64,000 bases of DNA from NCBI GenBank assembly GCA_004764695.1, contig SMSO01000014.1:3219648-3283647 (forward strand), written 5' to 3'. The notes beneath the pieces are model-generated. The model saw only the letters and a program-made list of their open reading frames with translations, had not been told where the DNA came from and searched no databases. Shown piece after piece: positions 23,590 to 35,469 of this stretch. Position 1 is the first letter of the stretch. Every line of letters starts with the position of its first letter. The translations under genes were made by a program, and so were the position numbers. This stretch comes from Schizochytrium sp. TIO01 (taxonomy: Eukaryota; Protista; Bigyra: Labyrinthulomycetes).

Positions 23590-23960
23590 ACCTAATACTA
23601 AGATCATGAAGGCAACCAATATTGTTCTCACCTGCAATGTGTTAAGCATGTAATGAAGTACAGCCAGCTTCTAGGATGAATCTGAAAGTCTTATAATTTC
23701 GTCTATCGCATGGCTGTGAAGTCAATCGGTTCGTTCCTGTTTGCAATAGTGGATAAGCACAGCACAGAACTTCCTCTTCATGTCGAGACTCTATGATGTT
23801 GGGTGTGAAAGAAAGGTCACTCACCGCGTGCCGCACCCCCTTTTTCCCATACAACTTCGAATTCACAATAGTACATACGTAAGAGGTGCACGATTCTTGC
23901 AGGGAAGGAATCCTTTTAGCTTCATTGACCAACAGCCCTTGAGGCGGAAAGAGAGGCACA
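23590..23960 (-). pseudogene. Possible decayed retroelement RNase H remnant
   Basis: Minus-strand frame reads SLHA*HIAGENNIGCLHDLSIR, resembling the Ty3/DIRS RNase H motif LxAxHIxGxxNxxADxLSR. Only this motif is recognisable. Confidence 0.3.
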
Positions 23961-26243
23961 GATACCAGCGATTATCATAAACATGACAACGGCGGTGTTC
24001 CAGCTGTTAACGATACCCTTGGGTTCGAGCGCAGAACTACGTAGTTATCTCCTTCTGGTACAAGCACCTCAAAGATATGACCAGAACGGGTTCTTCACTA
24101 TTGCATTAGTAAGGGCCGAGTTCTCATGTTGGCGTTTTAAAACTACTTCTTTGTCAGAAAGTAAAGAAAAGAAAAACCCTTTTTTCAAAATTCTTTACTT
24201 CACCAAAACATTTTAAATTTTCATAGGTTCTAAAAACAAAGAAAGCAAAAGCTTTAAAGAAATAGTTCTTTTAAATAAAATATAAATAAAATTAATATAA
24301 AAGATTTAAAATAATAATAAAAGGTTTCTTGTCTTCAGCGCTGGGTCCCTCAATTATATCATATTCTACGTCAACGAACTGTTGTAGTCATCCTCCTCAG
24401 GTTCTCCCCGAGACTACTTTTCCTAGTACTACAATTAGCGCGTCTAATAGTCGTCCATCTGGCGTGCCATTTTTTCTCGATGACGCGAGCCCTCACCTGG
24501 TTAGTCAAATGATTAGCCCTGGTTAGTGAAATCAGTAGAGGTGCTGTTCTCTCAGTACAACGGCGGAGACAGGAGTTCCTGCACAATCAAGACCTGCGGT
24601 GCATTTTTTTCAAGCGCCGAAGAGAACCGCAAGAACCCGTTCTGTTCTGCTCAACACGATTCTTGCCGATTCTTGTCGATGCGTGAAACTTTTCTGCGGA
24701 CTCCATGAGATAGTTGGCAACCTTGATGACTGATTATCTGCTCTGGCTCCGGCTGAGACCCATCGTGCCATGGTTGTCGAGCTCTTCTGCGCAGCAACGG
24801 AGTAGTGCAGTGCACTGCGTCATGAATAGCGCTGCGATTCGTCGGCGAAGAACCAGAGAATATACAATCTAGCTAGCCATCCTCAATCTGAAGAACCCAT
24901 TTTGAGGTGCGCTTTGCTGCTCTCTGCAGGTCAGTTGAGCGGTCAATACTCTACACTTTCATGCAAGCAAAGACAATCGAACTATCCATCGTCAGCACTC
25001 AGTCAGTCAAAGATGAGAGATTAATTGCCGCCTTTTCAGGTCTTCAAATTGCAGTTCTTCAAGACCAGGACCAGCAAGTTCAAGATATCTTGATAGACAG
25101 AAAGAGGGAGCTCCCTCTTTCTGTTTAACAAACGCAACTATCTACCTAAGTAAGTAAGTAGGTAAGTAAGTAAGGGAACGGAGAAGAAGAAAGAAAGATA
25201 GATGGACTATCGTCATAATAACCTGGCGGCCAGACTTGAAAAAGCACGCAGGCTTTGCTTGCTTTGCTTGCTTTGCTTGCTTTGCTTTGATTCTCCTTAG
25301 GCCTGTCAATCCTTGGTCCGGCGGGCGGGCCGCTTGCTGGCGAGCCTGGGAGCCCGTTCTTTGGAGGCAGAGGCGGCCTGCGAGGCGAAGAAGCGGAGCA
25401 AGGACCAGCTGGGCGCCCAGAGTCGTCGCTTCAACCTTCATCGTTCCGCAGTGGTCTGAGGTGCGAAAGAGAAATTGAAGTCGTGGGATGTTCCCACTAA
25501 AGCGAGCTTTGAAACCTTTTGTTTTCGCTCTTTCTCTTATCTATTCTAATTCTCATTTAATTTTAAAAAAATATGTATGTATCTATATTCAAAGCAAAAA
25601 GAAAAGCAATCATCACAGAGAAAGGAAAGAAAAGATAAGAATAGAAAAGAAAAACTCCTCCGTCTTACTTCATACGGTGTATAACCTGCTTGAAAACTCT
25701 CTATCCAGCAGAACAGATTGAAAAAGGAAACAGAAAAAGAAAAAGGCAAAAGAAACACGCGCGATTCTCATTGATGAGTAGAGAGAGCATTCATTTATTC
25801 TCCCTTGGGGCAGGCCGCCGCTGTACGTACTTACTGCATAGTTCTGTGTTCTGGTGGAAGCCGCTGACACCGTGGCTCAGCGGGCAGCACGAGCGGAGAT
25901 CAGGCAGCTATAGCTAGCTGTCTGTTGTGGGCTGCCACCTCATGCGACGACGGAAGCCCGGCAGGGTGGGCTGAAGCTACGGCGGCGTGGGTTCTGCACC
26001 CCTGCTCGTATGGGCTAAACACCAGCGGCGTGAATGATTTCAAAGTTCGCTTGGCGCTCATCTTCTTATCTGTCTATTTTTTCTTTTCTGATTTCTGTTT
26101 TCTGTTTTCTGTTTTCTTTTTAATTGGTCGTTTACGGAGAGACTTTGAAAACAAAGGGGAAAAGAAAGACGGAAAAGGCCAAGTGTTTGAACCATGTTTA
26201 CAATACTGCGGAAGCATGGGAATGTTGAAAACTCTCAAAAAGA

Positions 26244-26370
26244 AAAGTAAAGTAAAGTAAAGTAAAGTAAAGTAAAGTAAAGTAAAGTAAAGTAAAGTAA
26301 AGTAAAGTAAAGTAAAGTAAAGAAAAGAAAAGAAAAGTAAAGCAAAGCAAAGCAAAGCAAAGCAAGCAAG
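26244..26370. repeat. (AAAGT)n / (AAAAG)n / (AAAGC)n pentanucleotide microsatellite
   Basis: Directly visible, about 15 perfect AAAGT units followed by variants. Confidence 0.97.
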
Positions 26371-28966
26371 AAAGAAAGAAAATGGTGGTTCTTTCAATAT
26401 GCAAGAAAGGCCAGGTTCTTTCCCTCATCGTTCATCGCTGTAGATAAATAAATACATGAGTAAGTGCGTGAAAGTAAGAATAAACAAGCAACAAATAGAA
26501 GAAGAAATAGACAAACAAACTACTAAACAAATGCGCCTGTGCTCTGAATGAAAGGAGGAGTACGGGCAACTTGAGTGTGCGAGCGGGAGGATGGATGCAA
26601 AGGCGTGCTTCTTTCTGCCTATCTATCTCAAAGCCAATTGCAAGAATCCAACTTCGTCAGCTCTCCCGTGGACGATCGCAACCACGCCACGCCGAAGTGG
26701 TTCAACTTGAGACCCGTCGGGCGGCGCCGTGACGCCTGCCTCCTGCCTATCTGCCGCCGGCTCTGACTGACACAAATAGAATAGCGCACGCCTCGGCGCG
26801 ATTGAATGAACGGGTGGCGGTTCCCTCAGGCAAAGCTAAAGGGTCGCGCCGTTGCGCGGAGATCAAAGGCGTCTTACGTATGCATGCATGCATGCAGCGG
26901 AACTGGCCATAGTGATCCTCATCAGCGTAGACAGACAGACAGACAGACAGACAGTATCGTCTTGAGAATGAGCGAGAACAGAAGACTGATCCAAACGAAT
27001 TTCAAGATTTTCATGAGAACCGAAGAAGAAGACAGTTTTAAATAAATCCTTCGCCATTCGCCCTTCAGGCCTGAAGACAGGCACGCATAGAGAGAGAGAG
27101 AAAGAGACAGACAGGCAGACACGCGGAAAGAGACAGACAGAGAGCGAGAAGGGGGAACGCGTTCCGGCGCGGTCTTTGTTTACCAGCAACATGGGGGCAA
27201 TCTCGTTCCTGCCGGTTCAGGGTCCCGTGAAGTCGCATGGTGCGCTTGCGGCGGATGTCTATAGACAATAGGGGCGAAAGGGCGAAGAAAGGAAGGACAA
27301 TTGGGAAAGGGGAAAAGGGGGGAGAAGAAAGAAGAAAGTCTTTTCTTGTTTTCTTTTTTGGCAGGAGATGAACTCGCCTGCTTGCTTGCTTGCTTGCTTG
27401 CTTGCTCTTGCTGCTGTTCGATTGGGTCGGTTGTGATGAAGCATGGAAGGAAGAGTGAAAGGGAGGACTTGGGAGTTGGGAAGTATGCGAACAGGTTTTT
27501 CAAGGAGAGGATAGAGCTCGAAGGAACGGGGCAGTCAAAGCAGTACGTATGGCGTCCTTGATCTGCCTTTTTTCGAACAGAACTGCTCTTTCTTTTTTCT
27601 TTTTTCTTTTTTCAAGTTTCTAATTTTAGTTTTATTTTTTAAGTTTAGAGTAAAATATCACAGTAAATAAAATCATGTTTGAAATAAACAAGTAATAAAG
27701 GACAACTTGAAGAAGAAGGGGAGATAATATGGGGGAGAAGGAGGGAAATGGACGGCGCACGAGGTCGATGGGCGTGAGTGAGTGAGTAAATAGAAATGAA
27801 AAAAATGAAAAAAAGAAAATAAAGAAAAGAGGGTGAAATTGAAGGAGAAAAAGCGCAGCAGAAGGGCTGACTTCGGGTCGCTAATCGGCTAATCGTCGCT
27901 CGCTTAGCTCGCCCGCTCGTTCCTACGATGACTCAGCCCCCTCGGCTCAGGCACGGGCGAAGAAGCAGAGCGTCCCCTGGCTGAAGACCTGCTCGCACGC
28001 TCACCCTTCGAGCGAGCACGGCCTTGGCCATGGGAGAACCAGCCACGAGAGCGTGCGAGGAAGGAATAAAGGAATGAGTGAAGGAATGAATGGCAAGAAG
28101 GAAGGAAGAGAAAAGAGAAAAGAAAACGAGAAAAGAGAGAACGAAGAGGAAAGAAAAGAAAAGAAAAGAAGAGCAAAGAAGGACTGAAAAAAAGAAAAGG
28201 AAAAGAGGGCGGGCAAAAAACAGAGAGACGCCAGAAGTAGGAAAGGTAAATCGCAGCAATACGGAGCGAGCCAAAAGAGGCGCGGAAGAAAAAGCTTTTT
28301 GAAAAGAGTATTGGCGATAAGAGCTGTTTTTACTTTCATGGCTCCCTCCCCTCAAAGTCGAAACAGCCGCGTTAAAAATAAATAATGTTCAAATGAATAT
28401 ACATATGTATGTACATATAAAAGAAAAAGAAAAAGAAAAATATTTTGTTTTATCTCTCCAATTGAGCACATAAAATATTAAAAAAATAACCTGACCAAAA
28501 GAGAGGGGGAAAACTTTGAAAAAGAGAAAGGAAAAAGTAAAGCAAGAGAGGAAAGAAAAGACGAAAAGGCCGTCGATGAGAGGGCCAGAAAATATTTTAA
28601 AAGGAGTTTGAAGGGAATAAGCAGGCAGTTTATGTACGGACACACGTGAAAAGAAGCGGCGGCCAAAATTCAAGTGAAAGCAAACCTCAAACTTCAAGCA
28701 ACCGAGCCAAAGCACAGCCAGACAGACCACCTTAGCTGCCCAGCTGTTGATCTACCTGCCGCCGGTCGGTGGAGTGTGGAGGCCCCTCGGTCGTGCGGCA
28801 GCGTTGCCAAAGAAGCAGCAACAGCAGCAGCTAGCGTCCTCGTCGCGGGTGGTCCCGACGTCGCGCTCATTCATTTGAATTTGATTCATTCGCCGAGTGA
28901 ATTTCTGCATTCCTCTTAGAAGTAGACTTAGTCTCGATAGACAGTAGTTCACATTTGCATTTCAAG

Positions 28967-29617
28967 ATGTCTTTCGCTGGACGTTCTGCCTTTGGCGTTG
29001 GCGCCATGATCTCCCGCTCTCTGCGCGAGCGCCCTATTGCCACCAACTTTGTGCTGAGTGGTCTTCTTGGCCTCGCCAGCGACTGCATTTGCCAGTTCGG
29101 TGTTGAGCGCAAGACCTGGGAGACCCTCGACTACAACCGCCTCTGGGGCATGGGCTCTTTCGCTGCGACTTATTCCATGGTCAAGCTCCGTGTCTACCCT
29201 CTCTACGGCATGGTCATGCCTACATTCCTGAAGGCCACAGCCTTCCGCCAAGGAATTGCCAGCAGTCTCCTCGATGGCCTCGTGCACAGCCCGATCCTCT
29301 ACTTGCCCTACTACTACGTCTACACTGGTCTCTGGCAGGGCAACATGCCTAGCCAGAGCATTGAGACCTACAAGGAGCAGTTTGTCCCCGTCATGAAGTC
29401 TTTGATTTCAATTTGGGTCCCCGTTCAGGCCGTCAACTTTGCCCTTGTGCCGCCTACCCACCGCATCCTTTTCGTCTGCGTCTGCAACCTCGTCTGGAAC
29501 GGCGTCCTGGACTACCAGAGCCACAGCCTTGCTCACCACACCGAGGACATCATCTCCCACCACGAGGTGATCACCCACCACGAGACCGCGCCCACCGCCG
29601 GCGCTGTGATCGCCTAA
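28967..29617 (+). CDS. Mpv17/PMP22 family membrane protein
   Basis: RERPIATNFVLSGLLGLASDCICQ, DYNRL, LLDGLVHSP, WVPVQAVNFALVPPTHRILFV...WNGVL are family motifs. Strong C/T-ending codon bias. First ATG is at 28967. Confidence 0.92.
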   Translation: MSFAGRSAFGVGAMISRSLRERPIATNFVLSGLLGLASDCICQFGVERKTWETLDYNRLWGMGSFAATYSMVKLRVYPLYGMVMPTFLKATAFRQGIASSLLDGLVHSPILYLPYYYVYTGLWQGNMPSQSIETYKEQFVPVMKSLISIWVPVQAVNFALVPPTHRILFVCVCNLVWNGVLDYQSHSLAHHTEDIISHHEVITHHETAPTAGAVIA

Positions 29618-31983
29618 ATCCTCGTTTCGTCATGGCTAGCAAGTGTTTTTTCCCTGTGTCTCTTTAGCCTCCGGGCCGTAATTTCCATACCATAGTGCTC
29701 ATTCAGTCGTTTGGAGCGATATCTGTAAGCGTGACTCAGTCCTTTATTGCGACCTGAGCTGAGCGAGTGATGCCGAGTTGGTCATCTTGAAAACAAACCA
29801 ACTCGCCACTCGTGCCTCTGATTTGCCCTTTGAAAACCAAATTAATTGTTCCTGATGAAACCTCCACACGTTTCCAGGCGATTGATGGCGATTCTTTTAT
29901 AATTCTAATACCATAATCATTCATACACTTTTTCAACTGCTTCAATTCTCTCCCTTTGTATTTATCACATTGCCCATTCGTGGTGCTGTTTGAAGGTGAC
30001 CTCCTCATAATATCTGATCGCCATTCTTTATTCGTAAAACTTATTCTCTTAGTAACTCATGTAATTGCGAGTGCGGTCTGCTTTCCCCTCTTGCTTAGAC
30101 TTCTTCTTGCGGCAGATTCAACTTCCTCCCATGTCTTAGGAGATTCACGGCACTGGGCGCACACCCTTCGTTGAGCCCATCCCCATGGTCATGTTTGAAG
30201 AGTGTACAATAGAAGTAGTTTTCTCTTGACTCCAAATATTCCGAAGAGGAATCTGTAATGTGGTTCCACTTCGTGTTGTGGAGAAGATCTACCATGGGCT
30301 CTTTCCATGAGAAGGCCCTGAGATAAGTCTTGCAATATTTGATGCCTACTTACTCTCCATGTTCATTAGATTTCTGCATAGGCCTTCATTCCTTCCTTCC
30401 TTTCTTGCTTTCTTTCCGCGTTCACCTGTGATGATTTTTTTTCTCTTGCCTGGCCTAGTGCAACGATCGAGCGGAGCAGGGCCTGTCGCGACTACACTCT
30501 GCGAGCAGACACGAAGGTTTCGCATACGGAAGAAGGCATTTATAGTTTCTTCTTCCTGTCCGAATCGTCTCATTTGGTCGAAGCTTGCGTGGGTGAAGCC
30601 CAACGAAGGGCGCAAGTTTTTTTTTCCTTTTGCGCACTCTAAAATTTCATATGCAATATGAGCGGCAAGAGTCACCACTCTTCACTTACAGACAAATACG
30701 GGATGGAGCACGTCAAGCACTAAAACCCTAATGAGCCTTGGCCATATTCACTGCTAGAGGAGATAATACGGAGCAGCATTTGCAAACAGTTACCCTCTTT
30801 AACGATGTGCAGTTGGTGGATATTGCTATAGGTGCGACAGAAGAAGGAGTAACGTCGGCAACTCCTTTTGCTATATCTGGCGGCGATGATGGTTATCATC
30901 CTGTATGCTGATAGTTTCGCGCTTCGCATTTTCTCAAGGAAAGGATTGGCTCCGATGATATTCAACGGGCCAAGTATACGACCAGGTACACATAGGCGAC
31001 GTGATGTGATCTCAAGAGCTGTGAGAGAAAGCATCCCCTATATGTTGAAAGTTGATCTCCTTTTTTTTTTTCACATTACTACCTCGAAATCAGAAAGGCA
31101 TTCTAAGAGACATTCGTGATTCGGTACGCCTTTCACCTCTCATCAACGACAGTGTTTTTGAAAAGAGGTTCACGAGATAGGTGGCGCTTCTACAATTTCA
31201 GAAAACTACATAACCTTTTTTACCTGCCAAACTTCAAGGTCAAAGGTCAAGTCCTCGTCTCAAGAAATTTGCAAAACAAGGTATCATGCTTAAAAACCTC
31301 CCGCGTTGTACTTTTCGGCGGTAGTGCGATAGATACCATAGGGTAGTGATTTTGATATATTTCGCTGGGAATATAGCGCTTATTTAACAATTTGATCTGA
31401 AGAAGCTGATGACTCGAGCAGGTTCATAGGATACCACATAGATGACGCAATCAATGTCGAACAACGCCGAAGAAAAGCACCGCCGCTATAATTCATCAGA
31501 GATTTCTCTTGAAGTCCTAGGCGCTAAGAATGGTACTACGCATTCATTTCATGTGGTAACTTAAGAAAAAAATCCATTGGAGGATGCCTTTGTGCGTAGG
31601 TCAAGCCTCAACAGCAAAGGAGAATACTCATACAGCTGTTTTCATCTCAAAGATACTAATTAATTGGATAATCCAAAGAAGGCGGTTGTCACCACGAGAC
31701 AAGCTTGAGCGTAACGAGATCGTGCAACGCATGCTTGCGATTTAAACTTCAAGTATGATTGGATTCCAAGTAGAAAGCATCCAGGCGGTTGTGGAAACCT
31801 TTGGGTTTTGTTATAGTTATATCATAGCCTTATAAATAGCCACAGTTGCTGAAACGTGTTTCCAAATAGTGTATTGGTGGACGGAACTAAGGTCTATAGA
31901 TTGTTTATGATGCCTTGGATGACCAATCGTCATCACTTGAATTGGATTGTGCGTTATTGAATCACAGAACAGTCGAAGTTCAA

Positions 31984-32361
31984 TTAGTGTTTACGAAGTC
32001 CTAATTTCTCTTTTGTGTGGTCTTTTGTGATTGCCCAAAACACAATCATAGCCTCAATGTGTTGCAGCTCGCTTATAATGGATTGGATATTAATATTTGT
32101 TGGCATTCTTCCGTCGTTGTCATTATGATGGAGATCAGATAATGTGTAAAACATGATATTGAGGATTTCCCAAAATTCTGCGGCTGTTAAATCCTGGAGA
32201 ATAATTTGTGAAAACTGATTTGGAAAGTATGGTTTGGGTAAAAAGCTTCTCAATGCATTAAGGTACAATTTTTGTGAGCATGTAAGGTGAACGTCCTGTT
32301 TCCTTTCAGCATACCAGTTCCAGATTTCATGAGAGAAGACAATGTCATTGACAATTAGCAT
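31984..32361 (-). CDS. Hypothetical protein (125 aa), first ORF of the island
   Basis: ATG in A-rich context (AAAAACAAATG), divergent from the metalloprotease with a 92-bp gap. No recognisable motif. Confidence 0.5.
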   Translation of the reverse strand: MLIVNDIVFSHEIWNWYAERKQDVHLTCSQKLYLNALRSFLPKPYFPNQFSQIILQDLTAAEFWEILNIMFYTLSDLHHNDNDGRMPTNINIQSIISELQHIEAMIVFWAITKDHTKEKLGLRKH

Positions 32362-32453
32362 TTGTTTTTAGCTGGTTGAAATTGTTTGCACCTATGTTAT
32401 TTTGCGCTGGCAATATATAGTAAAAGCAATGAGATTACTTATTATTAGATAGA

Positions 32454-35445
32454 ATGATCCGGTGTTTGCTTTTGGTTTTGATTGTTGGATTTGTTGATGC
32501 GAGCACTTATAGCAATGGTGTGACTACAGATACAATTCGAGCGGTCAGAATTATACCCAACAGCAGCTACTCTTCATTGGTTCCGAGTGATGAGATCATG
32601 GCCGATATAGGCAGCGATTTGAGTACGTTCTATTACTCAAGTTCTGGTGGTAGTTTTGATGTTCACTTATCGGTTGATGAGACTACCTATGTGATGGAAT
32701 CTTTTAGCATTGATGAATCAGATAATTGTTACATCAATGGAGTAGAGGTGACTTCGAGTAGCATGCTTGTTTATGAAGAAGCGTTTGCTCTCGCGGAAGA
32801 TAGTGCAAATGCGTCTACATATGACTCTGTTGCTCTGTTCACCCCTTATTGTAACCTGGGGTATGTTGGAGTTGCTTATGTTGTTGGTTCTCGGTTACAT
32901 ATGAACGTTGCTGCAAGTTCAGTGAATTCAACCGCTTATCTCATGGGAGTTTTAGCGCATGAGTTTGGTCACAATCTTGGTTTGCTGCATGCTCATGCTA
33001 TTGATGGAGAATATGGTAATGAATATGATGAGATGGGTTCAAAGGCTGTTAGCTCAATTTAGTACCTACTACAAGTACTTTTGGAGGTGGATTCCGGAAG
33101 AGAGTATTTTGCAAATGTCACATGGTTTGTATTGCGAAGCAGACGAGTCTTGTGTAAGTGATGATACAACTGTGTGGCTCTATGCTCACGATACAGGAGA
33201 GGGGTTTAATTCATCTCTGTACTACTGTATTTTTTATCGGTTGGAGTATCCAAATACATACATGACGTTGGAATTCCGATCACTCTATGAGAGTGATCTT
33301 CCAGGCGTGATGATGGAATGGGTAACAAGGCGTTATGAAGATATTGCAGGTCCTAGTTACTTGATCGATCCAACTGGCTTGCCCAGATTGGTGACTGATA
33401 CAACTGGAGCTGCTTTTGTCCCTGTAAATTCTACCTATGTGTATGATTATCGCGAGGGAGGAAATGCAGTTGCGGTGACTGTCTTAGAACTTGATGAGGA
33501 TACTCAGCGCGTGAAAGTCAGAGTAAGGCATATGAATAAAAGTGCCAATGATGCAGATGAATTTGAGAATGAACTGCAAAATTTGGCTTCTATTTCTTGT
33601 GGCGACACAGTGAATTTTACAGAAGCGGTGGGGCGTACATTGTTTCATTTGGAAACTCCCAACCCTTCAAAGGTTTCTTTGAATGTAACTTGTGGTGGCT
33701 ACCTAGACGCTTACATTTTTGGAGGCAAACCATTTCATCTATTCAGTGATAGTCAAGGAGAATTTAACCTTGCCACATTTAATTCGACTAGCTTGTATGA
33801 TTGGAATCGGGCATTTGATGTTTCCGGTGTTGAACACTGTTCTGCGGATGCTTGCAATGTTGCTTTAACGGTTTCTCCATTTCTACGTTATGCGGGCGAG
33901 ATGATCTTTTATGCTGTTCCTGGAGTCTCAAGTGGACCCGCTGGGACTGTTTATGTGAATGACCAATATGAAGTGTACCTTAAATCAGTGTACATGGGGT
34001 ACTATGGGATTTATTATTATTGCTGGGTCTTTTACACCAGCTTGGCATGCGGTTCGTTTTACGGATTGATCGGTTCGAACACACTCATTTATCTATCCGA
34101 ACTTACGGAGGACGATATTGCTTTTACTAATCCTATTACCACCAGCTCTTCGCGAAGTTGGACGTCCGCGTGCAGTTCTGAAAGCCGGGCTGCAGATTTA
34201 CAAAATGCTTATGCATACCTTACCCGATACTTTACTGAAAATTTTGAGGTACGCACCTTTGCAAATGACAGTACCTATCTTCTCATTATGGGCGGCATAG
34301 ATGGTGCTACTGCGGAAGTTGTTTGTGATGTGATTTACTGTGGTAGTAATATGTTCATGAATGAATCGAGTGGTCTTTGCGAACCATGTGGTCAAGGTAT
34401 GATGTCGGAACCGAACAGCACTAGCTGTGTTGTGGATTGTTCTTATCTAATGCTGGAATCTCCATACGTGAGTTCAACTGGAGTGATGAAAACGACGGGT
34501 AAATATGTAGATTTAAAGGATTCTTGGGAGTTATATTCTAATGGTGGACGGGATACGAGTTATTTACTATACTTCCTTAATACTCAGGGGTGGGTTCTTG
34601 GGACTGGTTCTGTTGCTTCTGCAGCCTATTCTTATGAGGTGAGTGCGAGCAATTACCGACATCCAGTGCTCGGTGAATCTGGAGTTGAATCTGGATATTC
34701 CTTGACATGTATGTGTGCAGATTTCCCTTATTGTGGAGAATGTGATGGTCTTGGCGATGGTGCAATGGTAAGTCCTCTCGGTGGTACCTCTTGTTTTGTT
34801 CCGTACGAATTTATCTACGTAACATCTAGTGAAAATCATAGTATAGCAGGGAATTATAGCTTCAGCACTATGACAGATGGTTATCCAGTTTTTAGCTCTG
34901 CGAATTATACTCTGACTCGTGATTACTCTGTTGAGTGGTCGTTCGTTGCTCTTGTTAACTCTTCGATTGTGGCCACGAAGTCGGAAAGTATTAGCGTTTT
35001 TTGGCCAACGAATATTAGCAGTACAACGGCGTGGTCAACTGGTTATCTTTCTATTGCTCCACAAGAGAACTCTCTTGTCATGCAGGACATCTATTCTTCA
35101 ACATTTTTTGCTATAACTCCTGCACCAACATCGTCACCTACTATGCCGACGCCTTTACCAACATCGTCACCTACAGTTTCACCCACGGCTCCAACTCCTG
35201 CACCAACAATGAGACCTACGCTTGGAAATCCTTCTTCAGCACCTACGATTTCAGATGATACTAGTCTTTCTTACTTAAAGGAACTGTTTGAACAAATTGG
35301 TTCAAATCATATTTATCTAGGTCTCACAGTCGGTGCACTTTCTTTGCTCTGTTTTATGGTGATTTATCGTTTTGTTTATTATAATAGGTCTCATCAGATT
35401 GCAACACAGTATAATTTCGCGAATCAAATTGATGACTTTTCATAA
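32454..35445 (+). pseudogene. M11 (gametolysin)-like metzincin type-I membrane metalloprotease, split by one frameshift near 33050
   Basis: ORF1 has a signal peptide, HEFGHNLGLLH zinc motif and Met-turn YGNEYDEMG. ORF2 continues AQFSTYYKYFWRWIP (typical post-Met-turn FxxxxKxxxxWI), then a Cys-rich CxxC module, a PTxxPT mucin stalk, a TM helix (IYLGLTVGALSLLCFMVIY) and a short tail. Could be a real lesion or a sequencing indel. Confidence 0.8.
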
Positions 35446-35469
35446 ATGTTTTATTTTTAATTGAGGTTT

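Noticed and set aside
31960-32010. Target-site duplication or terminal inverted repeat matching the right junction
   Set aside because: Only a chance-level ACAGAA match was seen, with no convincing TSD/TIR. The left boundary remains approximate.
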